Source: Chrysemys picta bellii | Lineage: Eukaryota | DNA: 64,000 nt | NCBI RefSeq assembly: GCF_011386835.1 | Contig: NC_088798.1 | Coordinates: 109,430,001 to 109,494,000, forward strand | Direction of reading: 5' to 3' | Part shown: positions 35,143 to 47,565 of the stretch, one piece after another | How the letters are laid out: the number at the start of each line of letters is the position of its first letter | How positions within the stretch are numbered: the stretch's first letter is position 1 | The notes under the pieces: generated by a model | Database searches by the model: none | What the model saw: only the letters and a program-made list of their open reading frames with translations | Told to the model about the DNA's origin: nothing | Program-made: the position numbers and the translations under genes

Positions 35143-36830
35143 ACCATGTCAGCTACGTGCTCCAGATGCATTCTGGCTTGGAATAGACCGAAGATATTGG
35201 CTTTCCTGGGCCTGTGGGGAGAAGAGGACATCTACGAGCAGATTGCATGGGATGCAGGAGAAGGCATATGAGAGAGAGCAGCGGCAGTGCTACATGAAAG
35301 CAAAGGAACTGCGGCAGGCATATCAGAAGGCCAGGGAGGCCAACAGTTGGTCCAGTCTGAGCTGCAGACCTGCAGCTTTTACAAAGAGCTGCATGCCTAC
35401 TTGGCAGAGACCCCACCGCCACTCTGCACACCACCATGGATCTCTCCGAGAAGCCCAAGTCACAGGCCCCTAGTTTGAACAGCGAAGAAGAGGAGGAGGA
35501 TGGGGGACATGTGACTGATGGGTCCGGCTGCACTGCGAGCCAGGACCTGTTTAAGACTCCACTGCAATCCAGTCAGTCCTGGCAGTAGAGCATGGACAAG
35601 CCCAGAGCAGGGGAAGGAACCTCAGGTAAGTGTAAATGTATTTCCCATTACAGTGATGTACTGATGGCATCCCCAACTTAACAGGGCACAGCTATGGACT
35701 TTTCATTAACTTACTCATACTAGAAGTGGTAGCGGTACAACAAAGAGAGGCAGAGGTGTTGTCTGCTTTGCATTCCCCTGTACAGTTAGGCAGGGGGGCA
35801 TGCAGAGCAGTTGGATGTCACTTGAATCTTCCTGAGAGATCTCAATGAAACTTTTGTGGAGGTACTCTGCAATCCTCTCCCAAAGGGTTCTGGGGGTGGC
35901 AGCCTTATTTCTTCCTTCCCAGTTTCCCATGCCAGTAGTCAATAACTTCAGCAGGCACCACTGCAATAAACAAGCTGGCAGCAGATGGGCCCAGGTGTTT
36001 TGGGACCAGCAGCAGCTGTGCTCTCTGTGCCTGTCACCCTCAGGAGTGAGATATCAGCTAAAATCACTACTGCGTGTGGAAAATGGTTGCAGTATTCAGT
36101 TCCATTCTCTATACTAATCGTTTAACATCGGATGGGTAGCCGTGTTAGTCTGTATCCACAAAAACAACGAGGAGTCTGGTGGCACCTTAAAGACTAACAG
36201 ATTTATTCATGCATAATCTTTCGTGGATTAAAAACCCACTTCTTCAGATGCATGGATCAATAAATCTGTTAGTCTTTAAGGTCCACCGGACTCCTTGTTG
36301 TTTTTGTGATAGTTTAATGTAACTGAGCCATTCCCCCTACATTTTCTACACCAAGGCTAGTTCTGTGAGTGGTGCCATGCATAAGCGCTCTGAAGCAGAA
36401 GTGTCAATGAGCATGTCTTGTTTAAAACTTTGGGGCAGGGGGGAGCAGGGAAGGGAGTTCTGAATCTTAACTTCTGCTTTCCGTTGTAACTGTACTGACA
36501 ATGGTATGTTTGTGTGTTTTATCTGTAGTTGCTGCTGTTGTGGCTGTGAGAGATTGCTCTTCCATACCTGCCAAATGCTGAGCCAGATAAAGAGGAAAAA
36601 GAAGAGAACTCAGGATGACATGTTCAGCGAGATCATGTAAGCTAGTGCTGTATCAGACCGGGAGCAGAGGGCCTGGAGGGTGAATATTGCAGACTGTATG
36701 GAGGAGGACAGAGCTGACAGAAAAAAGGTGGAGAAAAAGGAGAGGAAAATGCACCAGGACACAATGGAGCATCTCCGGCAGCACACACAGATGTTACAGA
36801 CTCTCATGGACCTAAAGGTTCAATAGTCAT
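35143..36830 (+). pseudogene. Harbinger Myb/SANT-like DNA-binding protein remnant (2 exons)
   Basis: AWNRPKILAFLGLWGEEDI, QCYMKAKELRQAYQKAREAN, CSFYKELHAYL; donor 35625/35626, acceptor 36528/36529; frameshifts and stops. Confidence 0.75.
36126..36308 (-). mobile_element. Penelope fold-back mini-element nested in the Harbinger intron
   Basis: Inverted arms of the Penelope terminus; hammerhead 36211-36251 (CUGAAGA core, stem III mismatch); degenerate TSD ATCGTTTAA/ATAGTTTAA. Confidence 0.8.
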
Positions 36831-37399
36831 GGGCTCGCTTCCCTATGCAGTCCAGGGAGAACTCCATTACAGCACTTCTCTATATTCCCCTCAACATTCC
36901 ATGTGGCATCAGGGACCCACATCTCTACTCTGACCACTCCACGTCAGGGGACATTAAAAACAGCTACACTTTCACATGCACTGACCTGTGAAAGCCATGG
37001 TTGCTGTATGTGTAGCTAAAATGGTTGTGAATGTTCCTTCCCCTTGTAAAGTTCTGTTCCATACATTTAGTCAGTTTTTAATGTTTTTGCTTTTAAATTG
37101 CACAGAGTTTTCTTTGCATTGGTTTTGTTACTCAATAAAATTCTGTTGGGAAAATAATTACATATGCTGCAGAGTGGCTAGTGGTACTGAAAGCACCTGC
37201 TTACTTGTTATTGTACAGAGTGACACAACTCAGGATCAGTGACAAACAGTATCATCATAAATGCACAGCAAGTACTATAAAATTAAGTTACTTTGACAGT
37301 ATTATATTCATAGATGTACACCAAGCACCACACAATTCCTAACAGGCCTCAAAACAGCATGTCCAGGTAAAGCCCAGTACACCACAACACGTTACTGGG

Positions 37400-38640
37400 A
37401 TTCACTCTTCAAGTGCTCTTCCAAAGCTTCCCTAAGCTGTAGAGTTCCTTGTTGTGCTCATCTGATAACCCTTGTGTCTCGGTGTTCAGAGTCAGCAGAC
37501 AGCCACTCTACCTCCACCCCGCTGGCAACTTTCCCCCTTCCCTTCACAGATATTATGCAGGACAAACAGGCGGCTGTAATGGCTAGGATAGTCTTTTCAC
37601 TCAGATTCAATCTTGTGACCAAACAGTATCAGCATCCCTTCAAGCTGCCACAAGTGCATCCAACTGTCCTTCTGCACCTGCTGAGCTGATAGCTGTTGAG
37701 GTGGCAGGTGTATGACTTCGAGTTGGGAGTAGGCTGGGGCCCCAGGATCACTATTGGAATGTCAACATTGCAAATGGTAATCTGCTGGTTGGGAAAGAGA
37801 GCACCTGGTGGTAGCTTTCTAGAAAACTGCGTTCTTAAAGATGCAAGCGTCATGCACCTTCCCTGACCAGCCAACTTCGATGTTGATGACTCATCCCTGG
37901 TGATCCACCAAGGCTTGCATAAACATAGAAAAGTAGCCCTTTCTGATGACATACTCTGTGGCATGATGATGTGGTGCCAAAATAGGGATATGTATGCTGT
38001 CTCTTACTCCATCGCAGTTTGAGAACCCCATTGCTGCAAATCCATCCACTGTGTCCTGCACTTTGCCGAGAATCACAGTCCTGCATAGCCAGAGACAGTT
38101 AATGGCCCTGCACACTTGTAGGACCAGGGCTCCCACAATGGATTTTCCATCTCTCAAATGACTTCCCACTGACTGGTAGCAATCCAGCATTGCAAATTAC
38201 CACAATGCAATCGCTATTCACTTCTCCGCTGTCAGTGCAGCTTTCGTTCTGGTGTCCCTACGCCGGAGGCCTGGAGCAGACTCAGCACGTGGATCTGGGA
38301 ATGCGACTCATCATCCTAAGCCTGCATTACGGTGCAATCCCACCGCTCAGTGCTCGTTTCTCAGGCCCAGAAGCGGCACTCCGTCATTTGCAGCTGCTTC
38401 ATGAATGCCACCAACGATCCTGAATTGGTTCTCGCTTGTCTCTCAGCAATCTGCCCTCCAGCAAATCGTCCCGTTCCCCACGTCTCCTCTTGCAGCTATG
38501 CCAGTACTGGAGGATTGTGCGTCTTGTGCTTGCAACACTTATGACAGTAGTGCAGAGCTGTTCGGGCTCCATGATTGTGTCAGAGATGGTGAGCGAGGAG
38601 GGCTGCACTGGTTCATAGGATCTTTAAACAGGTGAAAATT
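37400..38640 (-). pseudogene. Harbinger transposase (HARBI1-like DDE) remnant
   Basis: FAAMGFSNCDGVRDSIHIPILAP..RKGYFSMFMQALVDHQG and downstream GKVHDA-like motif; multiple frameshifts. Confidence 0.82.
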
Positions 38641-39114
38641 GTGGGCTATAGATGACATGGAATGGAGACAGCTGTACGCTTGTAAGTTGACCCCTTTCTC
38701 CCAGTCACCCCTGCATGACTAGTTTCTGCCAAAACTTACCAAAAGACAGTGTGCTGGATGGTGGCGGGTTGTGTGCTGGGATACCTACTCGGGGTGCACC
38801 GTGCTGTGTATCAGCACAGCCACTCCTGGTGAATACGTGCAGCACTGATGCAAGGAGCCAAATATGAAGAGAAACCAGCAATATACTAACTGCGGTGGCT
38901 TAATGCCAACGTAACTTGTGGAGGCAAAAGTTCGTATAGTAGACATGCCCTTACGAACATAGTTTATCCATCTCCTGGTTTCAGAAGGATACTTCATAAT
39001 GGCAGACAATGAAGTGTGGCTGGAGTTAAAAGCATGGAATTTAGTTGAATGACAGCAAATTTTGTAAAAGATCCTTAAAGCTGAGGCTTAATGGCCATGA
39101 AACTTGCTGATAAG

Positions 39115-39419
39115 TAAGGATAAGATTGTCACAGAAGTCAGATTCAGTGACTTTCAGAGACCTCCATGACACTTTCCCTTCAGCCCTGGGGCAGTGGGGC
39201 TGGAGCTATCAGCCGGTGAGGCAGCCCCAGATCTCCCAGATGCTGCGGGTGGCAGGGGGGCCCCAAAGTCCCCAGCCACAGCGGGGCTCCGGGTCTCTTC
39301 CCCCCCTATCATTTTTAGTACAAGTCACAGACAGGTCATGGCTTCTGTGACTTTTTGTTTATTCCCACAACTTGTCTGTGACTTTCACTAAAAATAACCG
39401 TGACGAAATCTTAAACTTA
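39115..39419. mobile_element. hAT-type MITE
   Basis: Imperfect TIRs (TAAGGATAAGATTGTCAC / GTGACGAAATCTTAAACTTA) with exact 8-bp TSD CTGATAAG at 39107-39114 and 39420-39427. Confidence 0.85.
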
Positions 39420-39517
39420 CTGATAAGATATTTCAGCAACAAAAGCAGGTGTCATTGAATTGGAGATCTCAGATGAACAAGAATACCAGGCTAGAAACAC
39501 CTGATTTAAGTGACTGA

Positions 39518-39972
39518 GGGCTTGTCTACACTTGAAACCCTACTGCGGTGCCGCTGCATTGCTGCAACTGTGCTATTGTAACACTTCAGTGTAGACACTA
39601 CCTATATCGACAGGAGGGCCACTCCTGTCAGCCTAGTTAAGTCATCTCCCCAAAAGGCGGTAGCTAGGCCAATGGAATAATTTTTCTGTCCTAGCACAGT
39701 CTACACCGGGGGGGATCGATCCAAGTTACGCAACTTCAGCTCCGTGAATAACCTAGCTGAAGTCGATGTACTTAGATCGACTTACCGTCGTGTCTTCACT
39801 GCGGTGAGACTGCTGCAGCTGCTCCCCCATTGACTCTGCCTGCGCCTCTCGCGGTGCTGGAGTACAGGAGTTGACGGGAGAGCGATAGATTGATCGCTGC
39901 CCGCCGATCCGGCAGGTAGTGTAGACATACCCTTAGCTGGGTTGACGTAATTTTGTATTTTTGTATGTACAC
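39518..39972. mobile_element. Nested Harbinger-type MITEs
   Basis: Outer start GGGCTTGTCTACACT; inner element about 39703-39932 ending AGTGTAGACATACCC then TTA. Confidence 0.7.
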
Positions 39973-42070
39973 TGTCACTGAGTGGTGTCAGGCTAATGAG
40001 AAAAGGTCCAGTCTTGTAGCTGTGGCAAAGAGTAGATGGACATAGGGTGCTCGGGAGCAACAGAATCCTGATTTAGTCCAAGTGCTAAATCTCAAGCACT
40101 GCTCTTGTTTACAAGGTGAATTAACAGTTGAGGGAGAATCCAACATGTTTGTGTGGGGAGAAAAATCTCAGGTTCCTAAAACAGATGAGCCATCCATCTT
40201 CAGTAAGGCAACTGAAGTCCCTTGATCCTCAAAACATTCTCATGTGGACAGCCAAATGTTTTTGAGAGGACCTGGATATCTGTTCTAAAAGAGCCAAGTA
40301 ACTTGGGGAGGTAGCAAGCAAAATTAAACAGGAATAGCAAAAGTGGACTGGAATGAAAGGTGCACAGATGTAGAAAATGGATGGCTATAATTGGAGACTG
40401 CCCAAAGGAATTTATATCAGATTACCACTCCACCTTCACAGCCAGAGCATGCTGTCTCTTGCAGTAAAGCAAACCCATCTTGTGGGGCAGGTTGGATCTT
40501 GCCAAGTTTCTGTAAGGCTCAAAATTAAAATAGGAAACCGAACTTAACCCAAAATATTCTCAAGTACTGAATGAGAACTGACTTAGTGAGAGCTTGTCTC
40601 GCTATTTTACAGAACTGGGAGTCCAAGTGGTAGACACGATGCTTGTTGCATTTGGCTAACTAACAGATCCTCCGTACCTCAGAGGACTTCATCTGTGATG
40701 AGTAATGTGCAGTTTAGGTATTAGGAGCTGTAGCACCAAGCAGCCATATCCTCTATGCTATAGGGCACCTTCAAATTTCAGACACCTGACAGCCCCTTAT
40801 TAGATATCCCAGCACCCACGATACCTCAGCAGCTTGGGGTAGGAATGAAGAGCCTGGGCTTTTCACCAGTGTGTTTTCCCGGGACCTCCCTGACCGTGTA
40901 GGCTTAACCTATTGATATATTTTGCTTTCCACAACCAACTCTCTGTACAATTTTTCATGAGTGATGTACCTGAGTATTCGGATTCTAATATCTAAACTGT
41001 ATTGTTATATTTATTCACCTACATTTGGGTTATTGCTGATTATGCACTATATGTATCTTATTACTTTTAAAACAAACTTTGTATTTGTGGATAGTCTAAG
41101 CACTATACCCAGATGTACAGACACCCTTTTCTTAACTTGTGTACTATATAATTTTTTAACATTAGCTTTAATAAAAAATTTAAATCTATCTCCGGCCATC
41201 AGGTTTAATCCCAAAGCTAGATGTCCACTAAATCTTTCAAGCCACTGTGATAGGAAAGAAACTGAAACAGTCTGTGCAGACAGTGAGTCAGTCCAGAACA
41301 TGAGCTACTTAATCTTAATAAAGCTTGGCCTTACGAGAGATCTTGCTGAGGGAGTTGGTACAAGAAATGAGGCAGAACGGGAAACAATGGACTCTGGCTT
41401 AAAAGGGTCAGTGCGCATTGGAAGGTGCAACAACTAAAATGAATCGTGTCTTCCCTTGCCACTCACCTCCCCATAACATTACTACTACAAATATAAGCTC
41501 TCCCCAGGGGCTTCCAGTTTACCAACCGGAACAGGATTTTCCTACTGGTTTGTTTTTTAATAGAGCAGAAGCCAATGGGGCTTTCTTTTATTTACTTTTA
41601 AGTTTGTGCGCCAACATCACTTAATGTCGTCTCCCATACTGTGCCTAACTTTCACGGACTGCTTCAAGTAGTTGCTTCTACAGGGCTAACAGCAGCATGG
41701 CTTTCCATAAATCTGTATATGTGGTCAGATACCATGGTGATGGACACACACAAAATAAAACTTTACTATGTATTTTAGAGGAGGTTTTTAGTGGGTGGTG
41801 TGGGGAGAGATTTATTTCTCCAGCATGGTGACAGGAATGTTCATTTTAACCAAAGATTTTTGTCCTCATTCAAAAGTTATGTCAGCTTGCTATCTTATAA
41901 TATCAGATGCCCACGTCCATGTGACTTCTTGTGCAGAAGTTTTGATTAGCAAGGATTTAAATTGTGCTTACCTGCTGTTGAATGAGTACTGAGAGCCCCA
42001 GTTGCTGTGAGGTCTGTAGGTGGTGGTTGGGTCTTTTTTGCACAAGTACTGAGTTTCAGATCACATTGTA

Positions 42071-42478
42071 GAGGTCTGTCGCATCTTACGCACTTTTAAC
42101 ATGCGCGAATTCAGCTTTACGTGGTCAGCAAAAACAAAAGAGAAAAATAGCAATTTAAATACTGGTTTCAGAGTAGCAGCCGTGTTAGTCTGTATCCGCA
42201 AAAAGAAGAACAGGAGGACTTGTGGCACCTTAGAGACTAACAAATTTATTAGAGCATCCGAAGAAGTGGGCTGTAGTCCACGAAAGCTTATGCTCTAATA
42301 AATTTGTTAGTCTCTAAGGTGCCACAAGTCCTCCTGTTCTTCTTTTAATTTAAATACTGTTCCTGTAGTGCGGGCGATTCCGTCCGCCATTACACGCAAT
42401 GTAATTTTAACTATACGCGGTTTTCGCTTTACGCGCTGACTGTGGAACGTAACCCCAGCGTAAGACGAGACAGACCTG
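42071..42478. mobile_element. Tc1/mariner MITE interrupted by a Penelope hairpin
   Basis: TIRs GAGGTCTGTCGCATCTTACGC / GCGTAAGACGAGACAGACCTG with TA flanks. Confidence 0.8.
42165..42346. mobile_element. Penelope fold-back mini-element with hammerhead at the hairpin apex
   Basis: 57-bp perfect arms 42201-42257 and 42290-42346; 13-bp TSD AATTTAAATACTG at 42152-42164 and 42347-42359. Confidence 0.92.
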
Positions 42479-42588
42479 TAATATGTTCAGAGTGCTGTAT
42501 CTGTATAAACTGGATGACGTACACGACAGCATATAGTGCAAAGCTGAACAATGCTATATCTTCAATAATATCACTCATTTCACCTGAA

Positions 42589-42775
42589 GGGGGAGGGATA
42601 GCTCAGTGCTTTGAGCATTGGCCTGCTAAACCCAGGCTTGGGAGCTCAATCCTTGAGGGGGCCATTTAGGGATCTGGGGCAAAAATCTGTCTGGGGATTG
42701 GTCCTGCTTTGAGCAGGGGGTTGGACTAGATGACCTCCTGAGATCCCTTCCAATCCTGATATTCTATGATTCTAT
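42589..42775 (+). mobile_element. Tortoise Pol III/SINE (tRNA-derived head, CR1 3' tail)
   Basis: A-box TAGCTCAGTGCTT, B-box-like GAGCTCAATCC, tail nearly identical to the CR1 end at 6050-6128 including ATTCTATGATTCT. Confidence 0.88.
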
Positions 42776-42915
42776 TAATCGCTTTACAGTTGCAATGAAT
42801 TGTGGCTGAAATAACGGGCTGGAAGGCTTGCCAATGGCTTCCCTCACTCCCTGCTAGGCAGGAGCTAGGGGGGCGGGGGTGACCTTTGTGTGTATTTATT
42901 TTTAGGAGTAGCCTC

Positions 42916-43434
42916 TGTGATGAAGTGGGAATGTTCATAATGTTTTCTCTGAATACTGTGTGGGTGCCTCAGTTTCCCCTATGCAGTTCTCAAGTATCTA
43001 GGTGGTGGGAGAAGCGGGTGTGATTGTTGCAGAGCCCTAGAGGGCAGATGTGATGCTGTCTGGAGAGAGAATGGCCAACACTCTGTCTCCTGGCAACTAA
43101 TGGCCTGGGCCCCTCCTCTACAATGGTGCTAGCTGAAGGTATTGGAGAACAAAGAGATTAGGTGACCTTCTGGCCCGGGAAAGGGACAAGGGGGGAGGAG
43201 GAGCTGGAGAGTTTCAGGTTGGGGCTGGCTGGGGAATTGGAGGGAACCCCAAGGCTGGGGTCTAAGATCCTTACCCCCCAGAAGGACCTGACTAAGGGGT
43301 CCTGTTTATGCCTACAAGCTCTGGTTTGGACTGTGTTCCTGTCGTCTAATAAACCTTCTGTTCTACTGCCTGGCTGAGAGTCACGGTGAATCGCAGGAAG
43401 CCGGGGGTGCAGGGCCTTGTCTCCCCCAAACTCC
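42916..43434 (+). mobile_element. Probable solo LTR
   Basis: Starts TGTGATGAAGTGGGAAT, AATAAA near 43348, U5-like end; right terminus imprecise. Confidence 0.6.
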
Positions 43435-43816
43435 CATTCCTTCTAGAGTGGAGGGGAAGGCTCCGAGGCAGTAAGGCGGATTGAATTGCTCAGTCTGCCT
43501 AGAAGCTGGTAATGGGTAAGATACTTACCTAACTTGCAGAAGTGCTGGGGATCGCTTAGTAGTGGGAGAATGTAAAGTCCTGTCTGAGAGGATTGCTGAC
43601 ATTCAGCATTTCACAGAAGAAATAAGAATACCTACAAAAGTTGCATGATTTTCATGAGCAACTGCCGGAAGCAATCAGTGCTGAATTGGGAGGGGAAACT
43701 TTTTAAACGAAAGGGGCTGGTTATGGTTACACGCCTCTGTTCAAATACAGCAATGAACTATAGAAATATTACACTTCCTTAGCACTCATCCTTTGTTTTT
43801 TTCCTTCCTTCACCAG

Positions 43817-43885
43817 GACTTGACTGGCATAGAGTCTATGGACCAGTGTCGTGACACCCTGGAGCAACACAACTGGAACATAGAG
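43817..43885 (+). CDS. FAF2: FAF2 exon 2
   Basis: DLTGIESMDQCRDTLEQHNWNIE; GAG|GTACCA. Confidence 0.95.
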
Positions 43886-44327
43886 GTACCAGTTAGAATT
43901 ATAGTTGAGGCACTTTTTTCTTTCCAGCAACTTAGATGACGAGTCTGAATGACTGTGGGGCTCTCAAAGTAGAATTTTCTTTCTTAAAGGATCCTTGTAG
44001 TGACATGAGTAATTATAATCAAGGTCATATTATAAAACCATCGTGCTTACACGTCAAAAGTAATCTCCAAGCTCCTGATCAGCCCCACCCCAGCAAGCTT
44101 TATTCCGTTGCTTATTGTTAAGAATCTTAGGTGGTCTCATTTAATTGTGGTTGTTCACAATTTCCATTCATATTGAGTTGTGCATTGAACTGAGTGTACC
44201 CTCCACTCTCTAAATTGCAGTTCTTTATCTCGTATTCCTTTTTTCTTGATCTCCAAGTGTAAATCGGAAAACACGTCCCTAGTGGATGCATTCAGACCTT
44301 GCTAATGTTGGGAAACATGATGGAAGC

Positions 44328-45133
44328 TGTCACCGACCCCAGGGTCTGGTCTATGCCCCAGCCTGTACCCAGTCCCTTGGAAGTGACCACTTTAGTATGC
44401 CAGCCCCCAAGAACCCACGTGATTCCACGGGGGCAGGCCCATGGATTCCAAAACTGGTCCTTCAGGCATCAGCGATCTCTGTCTGTCTTCATGGCTCCCT
44501 GCAGCGAATCCAGCCCAGCCAGACTCCTGTGGGAGGCTTGTACTGTACCCCTTCAGGGTGCAATACTCTCAGTGAGTATTTGCAACTACCCAGGTGACCT
44601 TTTCCACACAGTCACCTGGCGTACAGCATCGGAAAGTCCTTAAGCTAGCAAAGAGAGGCAAAGGTTAAGAGAAAGCTCAACCTGGCCACTTCAGCAATGC
44701 TGCTATCGAAGCTCTTTCTTCCTGTCTCTGTCCCTTTGTCCTTGGTCCCAGCCAGGTGAGTGTCACTCCAAAGGCCAGCTCTTAACCCAGCCACATGACA
44801 CCTTTCCCCTCTGTTCTCCACCTGGGGCCTTTGCTCTGCTCTTCTGCCGAGGGGTTGGGGGAAATCTCTTTCCTCGTGGCTGCTGGTTGCTAGCAGTGAA
44901 CGTGCTAGTGATTGGGGTTTCCATTGTCTTTCCACATGCTCTATTGCTATGGGTTGGTTTCAGCCAGTCCTTCAACACTCAGACAGGTGTGTGAGGCACT
45001 CACCTCATGTCCCCCTGCTCTCCTCCAAGAGCTTTTTAACCCTTCACACTCCGTGCATAGCAGTGCAAAGCACAGAGGGACACTGAGGCCCAGAGTGGAA
45101 TCAGAAAAATATTACCAAAATTCCCACTTCACA
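44328..45133 (-). mobile_element. Probable solo LTR related to the 42916 LTR
   Basis: Minus strand begins TGTGAAGTGGGAATT and ends GTGACA; TSD not clean. Confidence 0.5.
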
Positions 45134-45464
45134 ATAGCTATGAACTGAATTCAGCCCAATCACACTTGCTGTAAAACTGCTCATTATTGTTACCACTTCA
45201 ATCCATTTAGAATGAAGCTGCCAAAATTGGGTTTTTTTTTTTTTTTTTTTTTTTTTTGCCATATTGAATCTCTGTACTGACCTCTTCTGTGGCTCTGCTC
45301 CCATTTACCTCTACTCCTCTTGCACACTTTACAAGCACCCCTCTAAACCACTCTTAAGTCTTAGCGTCTTCAACCATGCAGTCCCCTACACCTCTACAAG
45401 CCTTCCAGGCAACATGCATGCAGTTCTGTCACGCCTTTTAAAACATTCTTAACACCCACTTAGA

Positions 45465-46195
45465 TCATGACACACAAGAACGGCCACACTGGGTCAGACC
45501 AATGGTCCATCTAGCCCAGTATCCTGTCTCTGACAGTGGCCGTTGCCGAATGCTTCGGAGGGGATGAACAGAACAGGGCGATTATCATGTGATTCACCCC
45601 TGTCATCCAGTCCCTGCTTCTGGCAGTCAGAGGCTTAGGGATTCCCAGAGCAGGGGGTTGCATTCCTGACCATCTTGGCTGATAGCCATTGATGGACCTG
45701 TCCTCCATGAACTGATCTAGTTCTTTTAGGAACCCAGTTATACTTCTGGCCTTCACAACATCCCCTGAAAACGAGGTCCACGGGCTAAGTGTGCGTTGTG
45801 TAAAGAAGTACTTCATTCTATTTGGTTTAAACAGTCTGCCTATTAATTTCTTTGGGTGACCCCTGGTTCTTGTGTTATGGGAAGGGGTAAATAACACTTT
45901 CCTAGTCACTTTCTCCACACCAGTCATGATTTTATAGACCTCTGTCATATTCTCCTTTAGTCGTCTCTTTTCTAAGATGAACAGGCCCAGTCTTTCTAAT
46001 CTCTCCTCACGTGGAATCTGTTCCATCCCCCTAATCACTTTAGGTGCCCTTTTTCCAAATCCAGGATATCCCTTTTTTAAAGGAATGACTAGAACTGCAT
46101 TCAGTATTCAAGTGCGGGTGAACCATGGATTTATATAATGGCATTATGATATTTTCTCTCTTAATCTATCCCTTTCCTAATGGCGCCTAACATTC
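45465..46195 (-). mobile_element. CR1 LINE 3' fragment (second subfamily)
   Basis: ORF2 C-terminus [27 protein letters not shown]..., 45511-46038. Confidence 0.88.
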
Positions 46196-46547
46196 CACTG
46201 ATGACCTCCTGCCATGTGCCTGCATTTTTTCCTATACTACCGCTTTGAGCCTCTAGACTGGGAGGTAGGACTATGAACAGATTGCTTGTTTGGCACAGCT
46301 CTCCAACTGTACAGCACCATGTAAGCTCAGTGTTGTACAAATGCGAGACCCCTTGGAAACACCTAGTCTGGAAATTGGCAGCAGTTACTTTATTTTGATG
46401 TGTTAAGTTGCACGTGTCCAGTGCTCTAGGCATAGAGACAACTAACACCTACCACAAACTTCAGAATGGAACCAGTGTATTTTCTCTAACCTGCACGTAT
46501 CCATTGCAACTTTTGATGGGTTCCTTTTGCTGCTCCTCCTATGATAG

Positions 46548-46682
46548 GCAGCTGTACAGGACCGGTTGAATGAGCAAGAGGGTGTCCCAAGTGTCTTCAA
46601 TCCACCTCCATCCCGGCCGCTGCAGGTCAATACAGCCGACCACAGGATCTACAGCTATGTTGTTTCAAGGCCACAACCAAGG
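46548..46682 (+). CDS. FAF2: FAF2 exon 3 (GC donor)
   Basis: AAVQDRLNEQEGVPSVFNPPPSRPLQVNTADHRIYSYVVSRPQPR; AGG|GCAAGT. Confidence 0.93.
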
Positions 46683-47109
46683 GCAAGTTATTTACTAGTT
46701 TGGGTTTGTCTCGTTGTGTGGAATGGGTGATATCTCTGAAGAAGGAAAGAAATCCATCAACAGGGAAAGGAACTCCGTTTCCTTAGCAGATCTGCTTTCT
46801 TGTTTCTAAATATTTTCTCCTGAAAGCTACAAACAGTGCAGCTCCCTGGGCAGAACTGTTCTTACCCTCTCCATTACTACTTTGGATGTTTTCCTTTCTG
46901 GTATTTATCACTAGTACACAACAAACTCCTTCCTGCCCATATAGCTTGGAGTGAGGGCAGAGCAGAATTCCAATTCAGTTGTCCCAATTCAGCTAGAATG
47001 CTCTCTTGCTGTAGAACCATCTATTTGTATGACAGCCTGCTGAACTGATGTGGTCTGCTTTATGTGTGCTAGTATAAGATGTCAATTAACCTGACTGCAG
47101 ATGGTTAAT

Positions 47110-47395
47110 ATGTAGCACTTGTATAACACTTCAGTCTTCACAGAACCCCTGTAAGATGAGTAAGTGCTGTTATCCTTATTTCACAGGTAGGGAAAGTGAG
47201 ATGGAAGATTAAAGCCCAACTTTTGAAAAGTGGTCACTGGCTTTGGGTGCCTAAAATGTCTCAGGTTGGGCTCTCAAAGTGAGGCACCTGTTGGTGACTA
47301 CTCAGAAGATTTGGCTTGCCTGAGGTCATCCAGCAAGTCACTAGCTTACAGGCCTGAGATCAGAGCACTAGACCACACTGCCTGTTTCACATATA
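47110..47395 (-). mobile_element. MIR-like SINE relic with an internal insertion
   Basis: GTTATCCTTATTTCACAGGTAGGGAAAGTGAG...TTGCCTGAGGTCATCCAGCAAGTC resembles the reverse MIR core. Confidence 0.55.
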
Positions 47396-47488
47396 TTGCA
47401 GCGTGTTTGATGCTGGATAGAGGGTTATCTGCACTACTGTGTCTCATGGGGCAGGGATAAATACCTAACACTTTGTTTGTAATTTCAG

Positions 47489-47565
47489 GGCCTGTTGGGA
47501 TGGGGTTACTACTTGATAATGCTTCCATTCCGATTTACCTATTACACATTACTTGATATATTTAG
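47489..47565 (+). CDS. FAF2: FAF2 exon 4 (membrane hairpin)
   Basis: GLLGWGYYLIMLPFRFTYYTLLDIF; AG|GTAAGT. Confidence 0.95.

Larger units (their letters stand above)
34718..38950. mobile_element. PIF/Harbinger DNA transposon, near full length, decayed
   Basis: Convergent Myb/SANT-like and DDE transposase remnants; right end GTAGACATGCCC followed by TTA; left end degenerate. Confidence 0.85.

Noticed and set aside
40100-41410. Possible old repeat or LTR in FAF2 intron 1
   Set aside because: No termini, TSD or coding motif I could identify.
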